Source: Rhina ancylostomus
Lineage: Eukaryota
DNA length: 56,314 bases
Reading direction: 5' to 3'
Assembly (NCBI GenBank): GCA_030265395.1
Contig: JARFYF010000055.1
Span: forward strand, 25,418,388-25,474,701
Part shown: in pieces, positions 11,901 through 24,290 of the stretch
How the letters are laid out: every line of letters begins with the position of its first letter
Numbering within the stretch: the first letter of the stretch is position 1
Notes under the pieces: model-generated
The model's input: only the letters and a program-made list of their open reading frames with translations
What the model was told of the DNA's origin: nothing
Database searches by the model: none
Program-made: the position numbers and the translations under genes

Positions 11901-14489
11901 ATGGATGCCTTTAATATATAATGTTAGTTACTGTACTGCATCAGAAGTAGGAACCCGTCTGCAGGTGGGTGACGAGGATGCAGCTCAAGAACCACTAAGC
12001 CCACCAGCATTAAAAGAGTTGTACAACAAGGCAGCAAAAGGGAAATTTTCCAGAGATTCATTTATTTCTACTCATATCAACCATTTCTTAACTTGCAGGT
12101 TGTTAAATTAACAGCCTAATATGATCAAATCTACCCTCAACAAACGCAGGGAAGAACGGGAACATTTTTAAAGTTAATTATTGAGCCACATTGTACTTGA
12201 TCCAGCCGGTTCCTTATGCTCAGGTCCTGCCCTGACCGTCACTGTTGTCGCTGCTGTATTTATTATTTGTGGGCTTACAGGCTTAGGCTTCTCTCAGCCT
12301 GGTGGCTGCAACCATTCCATAGAGTGGAGGGGTCCACAGGTGGCGACTAGGCCTCAAGATATGGACCCTCAGGTACCTCAACACAAACTGCTGGGTTTTT
12401 GTTGGCTTGATTCTGTCATAGGCCTTTTTAGCTGGTTTTAAATGAAAATCAGAAACATTTAAAAATGGGTATACAANNNNNNNNNNNNNNNNNNNNNNNN
12501 NNNNNNNNNNNNNNNNNNNNNNNNNNNNNNNNNNNNNNNNNNNNNNNNNNNNNNNNNNNNNNNNNNNNNNNNNNNNNNNNNNNNNNNNNNNNNNNNNNNN
12601 NNNNNNNNNNNNNNNNNNNNNNNNNNNNNNNNNNNNNNNNNNNNNNNNNNNNNNNNNNNNNNNNNNNNNNNNNNNNNNNNNNNNNNNNNNNNNNNNNNNN
12701 NNNNNNNNNNNNNNNNNNNNNNNNNNNNNNNNNNNCAGCATGGGGCAGGACCTCACTGACTGTCAAATCCCTTGCATTAGCACAGTGGCCACATTCCCTG
12801 GGACAGTACCTGTGCTACTCTGGGACTCGCCAATATTCTGACAGTCAATGGAAGACTGTGCCCTGGAGCACAATGGAAGCAGCAACATTGTCCAGGAAGT
12901 AATTGATGGGCAATCTCAGTGCAGTGGAAGAGCCAGTCTGAAAACAGAGAACTTGCCCCTATTTCCTCTGTCCACTCTGCTTCTCAACTACCAGCCTGGA
13001 ATGTGGAATTACAGCCAAGTTTCCTTCCTTGTCCTGAAAGGACACTCCTGGCTTTGATCGGCCATTTCTTCCATCCAGCATGTGGAATGTGATAAAGATC
13101 ATTTTCTTTGTGTCCTTGGGATTCAACCCATTTAACAGAGTGCTGGCTAAGCAGGCGTGATCTCTGAATGATAAATAACTCTAATAATCACAAAATAATT
13201 ACCTGTGGGCATCAAGATTAGGGCTACACAATGCACAGCAGAAGAGCAGAGAAGCATCTGTGCACTGCTGAGTATTGGTTAGAATTAGAATGTACCTGTC
13301 AGTGAAATTATATTAATAAAAGTGGCAAAGTTGTCCTCAGAAGTATACTGTTGGAGGAAACTTAAATCCACTGAACATGCTCTCCAGCAGAGGTAAGAAA
13401 CTAGTCAATCTCAAAGCGGCACTAACTGTCAAGCATATCCATTATATCCACTTTCAGAGATGTCTTGATAGAGAAGCCAAAAGGATTACAAATCAAGAAC
13501 TGCTTCTCTGTGAATCCCTGTGAAATGCATCCACAGAGGCAGATCTAAACTGACAGCAAAAATACCTTACAGACTTGCACTTTTTAAGCAGAGATTTCCA
13601 AATCATTTCCAAGCATGCATTGTATTCTCCTGGCTATGATCTAGGCTTTTCCATTAACCAGCAAGTTCTACAACTGCAATACATTTTCTTTCTTCACGTT
13701 GAATTGGTTAAGAATTGTTCTATTGGCCATTTGTTATTTTAAATTAAATTATTTTCTCCATTTCTGATGTCAGAATTTCCAGTTGAAATCTTTACTCTTT
13801 TGCACCCTGGTGCTGATGTTGCCCTTGTTCTCTTTAGTTGAATGTGGCCAAAATTAGCTGTGCATAATTGATTGCAAACACATCAGGCATCATTGGACTA
13901 AATGTGCTCCACCACCAACTGCTCTTTCCCTGCTTCTTACACCTCTACCTCCAACAAGTAGGGGAGCTTATGCACTCACTTGTTATGAAAGCATAGGAGA
14001 TCCATTCAGCTGCCTCTCTGCTCTTTTACCCATGCCAAGTTGTCCCCAAAATCCTCAGTCAGCCCTTGATTTGGATAGTTCTGTTCTCTCTCTTTGGGTC
14101 CTGTTGAAATTCCTCTTCTTCTCAGGCTGCCCTCAGGATTGAAGTTGACTTGTGGGTTCAAGGGGATTCAGAAACTTCCATAGGCTGCCAGGAGAGGACT
14201 GATGGGTGGATAGTTTGTGAGGTTAGCATATTCCTTCCACCACACATTCTGGGCTCCCCTGTGCTCCCAATGCATGGACTCAGGTTCTCAATACGATCCT
14301 GAATGCTGAGTGCTCATAAGGCAGTGATTCCAGGAACAGATGGAGATTTTGCATTTCTTCAATGTGGCTTCAAGCACATCCTTGCATCTTCCTCTGTTCA
14401 CCTGCTAACCCCTTTCTGTGACATTGCTCTGAATAGAATATGTGTATCAGGAGTCTGGTGTTGATCATTCAAACAACATGGCCTACCCA

Positions 14490-14779
14490 AGATAAGACAA
14501 AAGATACCTTTCTCGTCACCTGTACGTCAAAACTCACAGTGAAATACATGTTTTTGCGTCNNNNNNNNNNNNNNNNNNNNNNNNNNNNNNNNNNNNNNNN
14601 NNNNNNNNNNNNNNNNNNNNNNNNNNNNNNNNNNNNNNNNNNNNNNNNNNNNNNNNNNNNCAAGAGTCACCACGCTTCTGGCGCCAACATAGCATGTCCA
14701 CAACTTCCTAACCTATATGTCTTTGGAATGTGGGAGGGAACCAGAGCACCTGGAGGAAACCCACGCAGACATGGGAACA
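14490..14779 (-). mobile_element. V-domain SINE with Rex1-like 3' tail (spans gap)
   Basis: V-SINE core gtctttggaatgtgggagggaaccagagcacctggaggaaacccacgcag. The sense-strand tail TTTCACTGT...GTACAGGTGAC resembles the Rex1 end. Confidence 0.75.
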
Positions 14780-14850
14780 TAGCTGGTTGAGTCTAACTAG
14801 GGCTTCAATACTGAAAAAGTTGGGAGAGAAGGTTGTCATTGGTTCATTAA

Positions 14851-15165
14851 GGTGGCACAGTTGTGCTGCAGTTAGTTCAGCTGTTTTACAGCTCCAGAGG
14901 TTGGTGTTTGATTCTGACCACTTGTGCTGCCTGCGTGGAATTTGCACACTTTTCTTGTAATTGAGTAAGTTTCTCCTGGCTGCTTTGTTTTCTTCCCACA
15001 TCACAAGGAAGTGTTGGTTGTCAAGTTGAGTGATGACTGGAAATTGGCCCTTGTGTAGGTAGATGGGAGGGGTGGGTGAATCACATCCTGGGAATAGGTT
15101 ACAAGGAAATGATAGGGATTGATGGGAACTTAAGAGCCATAATAGTCTTAACAGGCTAAACATAT
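14851..15165 (+). mobile_element. tRNA-derived V-domain SINE
   Basis: tRNA-like head ggtggcacagttg...gtttgattctgacc, then the V core gtggaatttgcacac...gtttctcctggctgctttgttttcttcccacatcacaa. Confidence 0.75.
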
Positions 15166-16169
15166 GTAATAGGAACTTGGAGGATTTTGCAAAGACGGTG
15201 TGTGTAGTATTTTTTCCAGGGTCCTCAGATGCCTGCTGTAGGTAATCCAAATCCCAGAAGTGTTTTGTGCCAGGTCTAAACTCAAAGCCTTCAAATACCC
15301 TTTTCCTCAATCAAAGGCTGTGTTGGCACATTAAAGGTGATGAGCAATTTCATCATTGATACCTGTCTTAGCTGACAGGTGGCTCCTGAAATATTGGACG
15401 AGGTCCGTGTCTTCCAGAGTCTCGCATGGACCTTTGTTAGAGGGCAATGTGATAAAGTGGGGGGCAGGTTGGTAAAGGACCTTTGCGTTGCACACTTGAG
15501 TTCAAGACCAATCCTCCTGCCTGTTTCAGTGAACGAGTCCACAAAGGTTTGGAGTTTGACCTCGAAGTCTGTGGAAACACAAGTGTCATCTGCATTCTGT
15601 AGTTCAACTGCTGAGATCCAGAAGACTTTGGTTCTAGAGTGAAGTCATTGTGGTTCAACAGTTTTCGATTAGTTCTATAGATTAGCTCCACTTGCCAGCC
15701 AAGTTTGTTGGGTGTGGGGTGCAACAATGTAATGAGAAAGTGTCAAGGCACTGATACAGCCTTGTTTGACAATGGCGGTCACTAAGATTGGCGCTGTGGT
15801 AGACCTTACTGAGTTCCATGACTTGAATCCCAACATGAAGCAAACATAAAAATGGATTTCTATGGACAAATGAATTTGAGGAATGGTTCCACCATGATTG
15901 ATGGTCGAAGGCTTCAGTGAAGTCAGACAAGAAAACGTGAGAAATGCTGGTGCTGCTCCCAGCATTGTTCTTATGGTTGTCACACAGCAAAGATTAGCCC
16001 ACTGTGCCTCCATACCTCTAAACTACATACAGTCCCACTTCTCTCCTTGGAATCTATATTAGCTCACATTGTAAATTGCTCATTTTCCTCAGACTTCAGC
16101 CCTCTTCTCTAAACACTGCAATTACAATCAGTCTTCTGTTCTACCAATTAATTGAACTCCCTGTTCTTA

Positions 16170-16505
16170 AATACCATATCTCCAACCTCCCTTTCCTCTT
16201 CAGACCACAAACGCATTGTCCCCTCTTAAATCTGTTATCAACTTTGCCACATCTCTGTGTCTGAAACTTCAGTCAGCATTCCACCAACGAAAGCCTCATC
16301 AAATTCCCAATAAATATCCCATACCTGGGATCATGCTGCACTATCCTCCTCATTCTTCTCAATCTATAGGCAACTACTGAGACAACAGGTCCAACCAATC
16401 TCCTCCGCTGCCTCTCCAGGTGAGTGGGATTGCTTTTGCATAATTCATATCTCATCTATTTACACACAGCTTGAGAATTCCTTGCAGTGGCTTCTCTCTC
16501 CAATA
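16170..16505 (+). mobile_element. L2 LINE RT fragment
   Basis: Degenerate 'ISNLPFL' and 'T.SLIK..N....LLILLNL' motifs (L2 pattern LLDLSAAFDT). Confidence 0.55.
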
Positions 16506-17284
16506 CTTCACCATTATTTTAAGAATATATTATTTGGCACATTCCTAGTCCTTAACTAGGTACTACCATTCAATGAGATTGTCAATGAGATATCACCAGG
16601 TTGCACTAGTATGCTAATGACATTCAGTTGTCACCTACTATTACCATTGTGACAGTTTTGTTGTTTGACATTCAATATTGGCTGGGTAGAAATCTCCTGC
16701 AACTGTCCATCATCCAGATTCTACATAATCAATTAATTTTCTGGAGAAAGGCAAAAGATCTACTCTCAGCCAGTTGTTAGTGCCTGTCTGAAACTTGCTC
16801 TGAGTGCGCAAAAGAGAACACCTCACCTTGAGCTCAACACCTCTTTTCACATGGGGAGACACTTTATTTCCCTCATGCTGTACAAAAAAACAGAATATGA
16901 TGGTTCATTGATCTCATATGCCATTACTGATACCATTAATTGGTGCTCCAGATTACTTTATCAAAGTGCCATTAATCTTTCAGCAGAAGGCAATTTCTTT
17001 ACCTCCCCTACAAAACTTGCAGCAAAGTACAATTAAAGTGTGGTTATCATTCAGTATCTTGTCACACAGAATCTGAAGCAAACATAACATTGAGGGGAAG
17101 AGAGCCCAGGCTAATTGTTAGCTTGAGAGATCACATGTTGAGTTGCAATTGTCTTTGGTGAACAAAAGATTGTAAAGGTACCTTTTTCCTTAATGATGCT
17201 TATCATACAAAGATGATAATGGAATGTGTAAAGGAGTCTCAGCGATGTCAAAGATGATTTAGAAAATAAATGCCAAAAATTCTT

Positions 17285-18082
17285 ACAAAGGGTCCTTGAC
17301 CTGAAATGTTTCTCTTCTCACAGATGGTGCTTTGCAGTTGATTGTTTTCAAAGTTTTCTGTTCTTATTTTGGATTTTCAGTGTCAGCAGTTTTTTTTGAT
17401 TTTCATGATCTAGAATATTTCAGCCTGGACACATGCTTAAGGAGGATGCAACAAAATGATCAAAAGAATTCAGAAGGGCTAAGTCCGTTTTAGTTTATCT
17501 AAGACTTTTCTTTCACTGTAAGGAGTCAACAAGTCGCGCAGTGTCTGTGGAAACAGAAAGAGTTGCAATTTCACTTGAAGACAGTTTGCTAAAACTGAGA
17601 AAATNNNNNNNNNNNNNNNNNNNNNNNNNNNNNNNNNNNNNNNNNNNNNNNNNNNNNNNNNNNNNNNNNNNNNNNNNNNNNNNNNNNNNNNNNNNNNNNN
17701 NNNNTAAAATTTCACTTGAAGACCTTTTGCTAAAACTGAGAAAATGTAAAAGGAGTTAATTTGAAGTTGCAAAAAGAGTGGAGGAGGGGCAGATCAGACA
17801 GAAGGAGCAACTCCGATAGGGTGAAACCAGGATTACCGAGGTGATCCTGATGTCCGTAGAACCATATGGTTAATGGGCTGATGAGCACAGTTAGAGAGAG
17901 AGAGAGACAGAAAAAGGTAATGTGCATGAGATTTGTGAAATGCAGGTGAGCAACAGCTCAGTCTTCAACCTGAAACATTAACTTTGTTTCTCTTTCCACA
18001 GATGTGAGCTGACCTGCTGAGTGTTTCCAACATTTTCTCGTTTTACTTCAGATTTCCAGCATCTGCAGTTTTTTTATTTCCA
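17285..18082. mobile_element. Cluster of Penelope pseudo-LTR fragments: 17285-17405 (+), ~17520-17950 (-), 17958-18082 (+)
   Basis: Shared core gacctgaaa(c/t)...tttctc...cacagatg...tgacctgctgag...ttcagatttccagcatctgcag is present in both orientations. Confidence 0.7.
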
Positions 18083-18440
18083 ATTATTATTATGCTGCCT
18101 CTGTATTATTTAATGGCAGTATGTAATATAGTGATCAATGGTAGAAACAATATACGAGACAATGGGTACCTCAAGGTACTTTTTTTACAGATAAGTAATG
18201 GTTAAGTCACTGGATTATTATTCAGAGGCCTGAATTATTGATCTGCAGACACAAGTTCAAACCATATCATGGCAGCTGGAAAATTTAAATTCAAGTTATT
18301 AAAAATTAAACTGTCTGGAAGAAGAAGCTGGTTTGAGTTATGAGAACCATGAAACTATTAGGTTATTGTAAAAACCTATCAGGTTTACTGATGTCTTTCA
18401 GAGAAGGAAATCTGCCATCCTTTTCCGCTCTGCCTGTATC

Positions 18441-19219
18441 TTTTTCTCACTCATGCAGGTTGCTGATAAGGCCAGTATTTATTGCCCAAGAAGGTTGTGG
18501 TAAGCCACTGCCTTGAACCATTGCAGTCATCTGGTGAAGATGCTCCTGCAGTGCTATTAGAGAGCTCCAGAATTTTGAACCAGTGGCATTGAGCCATAGA
18601 GTCACTGTGTAATGCAGCACGTAAACAGGCCTTTCGGCCTAGCTCGTCCTTGAGAGCCAAGGTGCCCATCTAAGCTAGTCCCATTTGCNNNNNNNNNNNN
18701 NNNNNNNNNNNNNNNNNNNNNNNNNNNNNNNNNNNNNNNNNNNNNNNNNNNNNNNNNNNNNNNNNNNNNNNNNNNNNNNNNNNNNNNNAGCTCGTCCTTG
18801 AGAGCCAAGGTGCCCATCTAAGCTAGTCCCATTTGCCCCCATTTGGCCCATATCCCTCTAAACCTTCCCTGTCCATGTACCTGTCCGAGTGTCTTTTCAA
18901 TGTTGTTATTGTCCCAGCCCCAACCACTTCCTCTGGCAGCTCATTCCATGTGTGCACCACCCTCTGCATGAAAAAATTGCTCCTCAATTCCCTTTTAAAT
19001 CTTTCCCCTCTCACCTTTAAACCTAGTTTTGATTCCCCGTCCCTGGAAGTGCAGTGTATCTCCAAGTCAGGATAGTGTGCGACTTGGAGGGAAACCTGCA
19101 GGTAGAGGTGTCCCAAGCAACTGAGATCCTTGCCCTATTTGGTGGTAGAGACTCCAGCTTTAAAAGCACTGTTGGAGTCACCTATGTAAATTACTGCTGT
19201 GCATTTCATAGATGGATAC
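18441..19219 (-). mobile_element. 3' end of a CR1/L2-group LINE (family of 45258-46765), interrupted by a CR1
   Basis: gccagtatttattgccc...ccttgaaccattgcagtc and ccaagtcaggatagtgtgcgacttggaggg align with 45290-45560. Confidence 0.75.
18595..19047 (-). mobile_element. Young CR1 3' fragment
   Basis: ORF 18823..19116(-) LKVRGERFKRELRSNFFMQRVVHTWNELPEEVVGAGTITTLKRHSDRYM is the CR1 ORF2 C-terminus. Confidence 0.92.
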
Positions 19220-20369
19220 AACCCCAGCTCCACAGCAGAGTGCTTAACACTTAATTACCTTCTAAAACGTCCTAATAAGCAATACGCTTTAGTCGCAGTT
19301 AGATAAATGCTGGTTCAGTTTGTGATTCCCTCATCCCACTACTGCTTAAATAAAATCTACAGGAATCATTCCTGCTTTACTTCAGTCTATATTGTTACAA
19401 CTGGATATATGTTGCATAAGGAATTAAAATAAAGTTGAATGCGATGGTGATGTGACAAATGTCATGAACAACAAAATAAAGTAGCAATATGAATGCAGGT
19501 AATCCAGATGTATTACAGCAAATACGTTTCCTTAACCTTGGCGAAAAAGAACCAAATTTGCTGGTGGGGATGCATGCTGCCAACAGAGCAATATTTATTG
19601 TCCACATTTCATTGCCTAAAAAGGGACAGAGAGTCAACAATATTCTACACCACAAGGCAAATCCAGCAAAGATCCAGCAGATTACCTCAGAAGCCATGAT
19701 CAGCTCACTTAATGGAGTGCAGGACTTAATGTCGGCCTCAAGAAATACTTGGAATAAATGTCCAATACAGCAGCTTTTGCTTCCTAACATTGCAACAAAA
19801 TCCCCTTAAAAGTAACAATTTCACTTGTGCAGAGTATCACAGATCACACTTCCTGTCTCAATATCATGAAGATTCTNNNNNNNNNNNNNNNNNNNNNNNN
19901 NNNNNNNNNNNNNNNNNNNNNNNNNNNNNNNNNNNNNNNNNNNNNNNNNNNNNTAAATCTTTCAAAGTTTTCTAATATTAGAGGAAGGAATTCACTTTGT
20001 GCTTCTCCTGTTCATGATTAAGTGAGATTTATGATGCCTTGGTAGTGAACTCTGTTTTACTCAGTCAAACCAAATTAAAAATTCTGCTGCCCTCAGTGTA
20101 ATTAACAATTTCCATCATGCTATATATCTCTTCAAATGCCAAGTATACTCAGTTTTATTTTAATCTTTGTGAATTATGTTGCTATTGTTCTCCGTCAATA
20201 GTCTTCAGGTTCCAAGTACCTTTCCTGCCCTCCAGAACTGCGCTCATAACTCTGCCAACCTCGTCCTCAAGGTAACTTCCTTGGACAACAGGAACCGAGA
20301 TCCAATCAACTTATAACAATGTATATTTCATACCAGAGTTAAATTTGGATCTTATATTCCATAATATTC

Positions 20370-20612
20370 TTATGGCATAGACAGAGGACGTTTGGCCCAT
20401 TAAGTTTCTGCCAGCCCGTCAAGCAATTCCATCCCTCCACTTATTTCCCCGTGACCCATTCTCTCTCACATTTCTGTCAACTTCACTTTCATACTCTCAT
20501 ATTACACTCCAATAGTAGGGGTTATTCACACCAACCAGTAACCTATCAAACAGATGTGAGAAGAAACCCAAGCACCCTGGGAGAACGTGCAAACTCCACA
20601 AAGACCAGGTTT
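20370..20612 (-). mobile_element. V-domain SINE with CR1-type tail (HE1-like)
   Basis: gggagaacgtgcaaactccaca and agaaacccaagcacc (V core, antisense), plus a CR1-like tail catagacagaggacgtttggcccat. Confidence 0.7.
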
Positions 20613-20939
20613 ATACAGCTATTATTCCACTTTATTTTTGCCCAAGGTATCAATGCAAATGGCATAACATGTTAGGGCAGNNNNNNNNNNNNNNNNNNNN
20701 NNNNNNNNNNNNNNNNNNNNNNNNNNNNNNNNNNNNNNNNNNNNNNNNNNNNNNNNNNNNNNNNNNNNNNNNNNNNNNNNNNNNNNNNNNTTGGGATATT
20801 AAAACAAATGTTTAATGTATTTGTTAAGAGGTTGCACCTTAGCATTCACAAAATAGTGTTATGGCAATTAATGCAAAGGTTTCTGAGAAATGCCCAGTTA
20901 TTTTGGGCATAAAGTGGGCATTATTACCCAAAGAAAAGC

Positions 20940-21039
20940 AAGCGAAATGAAAGGTCATTGTTCTGAAACATTGATTCTATTTTTCTCTCCCAAGATGCTG
21001 GCTGATCTGCTGACTATTTTCAATATGTTCTCTTTCTGC
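20940..21039 (+). mobile_element. 100-bp Penelope pLTR fragment flanked by 14-bp direct repeats
   Basis: aaggtcattgttctgaaacattga...agatgctggctgatctgctgac, with ACCCAAAGAAAAGC at 20926-20939 and 21040-21053. Confidence 0.7.
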
Positions 21040-22739
21040 ACCCAAAGAAAAGCCATAGAAACCAGTCCACTTCATTTATTCATACAATAGGCAGTCGAAT
21101 TGGTTATGATCTGAAAATATCAGTGAGATTACAAAAATACCATTCCACTGGCTTTTATTCTGAATTCTTTTTATCTCCAAAGTGGTGCTTCCATCTGAAT
21201 GAACATTTCACATCCCAGTGGCATTTGGTGAATCAAATATACAGAGAGGGCACACATCACTTACAGCACAAATAAAATGACAACAGTAACACCTCTCAAA
21301 GAATGCACTCCCTATACCCACTCTAGAATAATTGATGATAAATCACAGATGATAACAATCAATAAAACTCTTNNNNNNNNNNNNNNNNNNNNNNNNNNNN
21401 NNNNNNNNNNNNNNNNNNNNATTGTTACATATATAATGAAATGATCAAATCGTCTGATATGCTTTTACATCTTACTCTTCACTTATAAGTCCCTCTATTC
21501 TGTTTGAGTTTCTGACGCTTCTGATAAAAATGTAGCAATAATAATGGCCACAAAATGCACATGACTGTGGAATGTGTGGAAATGTCTGACTTGAACAGAA
21601 TATCATTACCATTTTACTTCCACTGTTTTTGAGAGACTGAATGTAGTGCACAACCACATAATATGTATAAGCTTCATTTACTTATTCATTCATTTGCATG
21701 ACAGGTATTTATTCACATCACTTTCCTTTGCTCATCACACTTGCCAATTCAGTTGCTTGGTGATGAATGCTGAAGAAAATGAAGTGAATGGGACCAATTG
21801 GTGAATGAACAACAGATGGATGGTTGGTTACAAGAGTGATTTGTTGGCTTGCTTAATGAAACATCTGGTTGTCATGCAGTGTGTGTTGTAGAATTCATTG
21901 TGCTTGCTGGTAGAATTACTCAGGGGTGTTTTCAAACAAGTTTGAGGAGGAGATCCTTATTCTTCATTAAGAGGGGGTTCAGAGGTAAAGAGCTTATCCT
22001 TGTTGGGCTACACCAGAATAGAAGCATCAAGGACCACCATGGAACTTCTTTTGTGATCAGACACCAGTTCATTACTCATCAAAGTTCATGGTTGATGACT
22101 ACTTCGAGTTAAAATGGAAGCTGCTCAGATTGCCACTAGTCAGCAATCAATGGCTACCTCAGGGAAGCCAGCCAGAGATGAGAATCCATGTGCCCACCAT
22201 TCAGACTGTTAGCATCACAGAGGAGGCTTACCTTCCAACTCTGGCAAATAATCTGTCCATCACCTGCCATGTACATCAATGCAAATTAACCATAAGTCTC
22301 TTATCAGTCCCCAAAAGTGAGCTGGAAGGAATTCGAGCCAAAAACTCAAGGCCACCGATGGATTTTATAGTCAAGGGTAATTAATGGTACCAGCTCTCCT
22401 TCCAGAAGGGTTAAATTGTTTCTGTTCATTTGAAGAGATGACCTTAGTGGAGGAAACTAAGACTTGCTGGATGTCATGGTAATGCTGCCTAAAAACCCAA
22501 TGTATCTGTTGTCCATCTTAGTGTAATAGGTGCTGACTGACTTTCCAATTAAAAGCAACAATATTGCTTGCATCCAGAAGTCTTGTGTCAGCACTTCCAA
22601 GCTGTATGAAATAATATCCCACAAAAGATATTCTCACCAAACCATTTCTCAGCAGGAACTGAGAAAGGAGTTTCAGCATTGAGACTTTCCTCATACTAAG
22701 GAAGTCTGACAACGATGATTTTGAAACAAACAGGGGCAG

Positions 22740-23330
22740 TCCCTTGGAAGGGAGAGTCAATTATCGTACTTTCAGTGGAAGTCAGAAAGAGAGGGTGATA
22801 ATCAGCAGTTTATCCAGGTTCATGGAAGCAGGTGGTGAGATTCATCCATGAACCAAGCTTTCCGAGGGCGTGGGTAACAGGAGAAGCTGTGGCTGGGATC
22901 AGAGATGACCAGTATCAGGGGAAGCAATAGACACAGTCAAACAGCTGGTTTCAACCTTGGTGACAAAGAAGTTGAGAAGCTTCTTCCATTTGCCGTTGAA
23001 GGCAAATATGAGGGGATCAAAATGGAGGAAGTCAAGGAATCCATTTGCAGAGAAAAGAAATCTGGAGATTATTTCTCTTCTGTCCAGAATATGAGTGGAG
23101 AACAAGATGGTTTGACAACTATGAGGTCTAAAAATGTTGGATTAGATCTGATTAAATTTGCTGATGGATGACAAAGCAATAAACAAGTACAAGTACCTTC
23201 AAGCCAGCATTTCCTGATCTTCAGGGAACAATAACGGCTGCCCAAACATGGAGTATTTTTGGGGGTAACAAAAAGTGTTTGCTTGAGGAGAAAGGCTTCA
23301 GAGATGGTAGTGAGAAAATGACTGAGCAAA
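22740..23330 (-). mobile_element. Decayed L2 LINE ORF2 fragment (EN-RT linker)
   Basis: ORF 22899..23105(-) SRFLFS...LNFFVTKVET resembles the L2 'PR.LF...FF..KI..I' region. Confidence 0.55.
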
Positions 23331-24069
23331 TTAATAATAATAACTCTGCTTACTCTTCCAGGTCAGAAAAGAATAACACAGGGACTTTGATACTTTATTT
23401 CTTTAGCTTCCATCTGTTCTTATAACCTCCAAAAAACTCAAAATGCAGTGTGACAGGCTTTCACTGCATTGCATTTTAAAGAGGACAGTATATCTTGGCA
23501 ACATTACCCACTAATTATATGGTATGAAAGGATGGAAGTAATGATCGGATGCATACGAATGATGTTTCTCAGCATAATCAAAAGAAAGCTGTCAGCAGAA
23601 TGTGCACACGAAGCACCAAAGCAGTTTAACAAAGGAGATATTTATCGGTCCACTGTTTTATCTTTGAGAATTTGTGAGCATCAGGAGTAAAAGTCAATCA
23701 ATCGATTTTGAATAATTTTTTCTGAATAGGTTCATCCCATTGTTTCAGCAAATCTGTCAGGCCGGACGTCAAGTCATAAAGGCTAGGAATGACCAAAGAA
23801 AAGACAAATATCCTTGGTCAACTTTCCCAAGTACACACATACTTAAAGGCAGCTGAATACTGAATTCTACTTCTGAAATTCAGTTCCTCTAACTTCAATT
23901 AAATCAAATTTCTGAAGCACAGTACAATGCACTGACACCACTACTGAACCATGTTTGGTGCCAGGATGACTTTGTAGCCATTGGATTCCAACTCTGACTT
24001 GTGCCAGATTTGCTCATGTCAGTACTGTGGTTGGATTGGTGCAATTACATCAGCGGATTTGAGAAAGTA

Positions 24070-24290
24070 AAGGAATTGGATTTATGTGGCATCACTTGCG
24101 ATCTAAGAACATCCCAAAATCATTTACAACCAAGGAATTGTAATGGGAGCTGATTGCACACAGCAAGATTGTATAAACAGCAGTAAGATACATGCTCAGT
24201 TAATTCATTTTAGTCACGTTAGTTGAAGGATAAATCTGAGCCAGCAGAGCAAGAGAATTTCCTTGCTCTTCATACAATGCCATCAGACAT
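24070..24290 (-). mobile_element. Deu-domain SINE 3' part (SacSINE/AmnSINE-like)
   Basis: catcccaaaatcatttacaacc...ttgcacacagcaagat...ttagttgaaggataaat...tgctcttc is antisense to the copy at 42280-42625. Confidence 0.6.

Larger units (their letters stand above)
14125..16010 (-). mobile_element. RTE-clade LINE (RT to 3' end), interrupted by two SINEs
   Basis: Minus strand shows DFTEAFD, ELQNADD (YADD box), DSFTETG.IGL, and SIEALVRLNQL / WVGHVV split by the SINE at 14490-14779. Confidence 0.85.
18190..19340 (+). mobile_element. tRNA-derived SINE split into 18190-18440 and 19220-19340
   Basis: B-box-like GTTCAAAC at 18255-18262. The core continues at 19220 (ccacagcagagtgcttaacacttaattaccttctaaaa...ataaatgctgg...catccca). 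Confidence 0.7.

Noticed and set aside
12283-12902. Long ORFs containing X runs (also near 3.6, 5.8 and 36.5 kb)
   Set aside because: They are open only because N gaps contain no stop codons.
14708-15310. 200-aa ORF on the minus strand
   Set aside because: It is a chance read-through of RTE, antisense SINE, RTE and SINE pieces.
17568-17746. Near-identical ~37-bp sequence on both sides of the gap; a similar case is 7805-7831 versus ~7980-8005
   Set aside because: Most simply explained as gap-edge overlap or haplotype artefacts.
18641-18836. Identical 48-bp sequence on both sides of the gap (18641-18688 and 18789-18836)
   Set aside because: This is a typical unmerged contig overlap, not a tandem repeat.
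19395-19809. Overlapping 106-aa (+) and 131-aa (-) ORFs
   Set aside because: No recognisable homology or exon boundaries were found.
21850-22420. Moderately GC-rich stretch with short ORFs; 31100-31600 and 49500-49800 are similar
   Set aside because: Probably decayed repeats, but I could not assign a family or motif.
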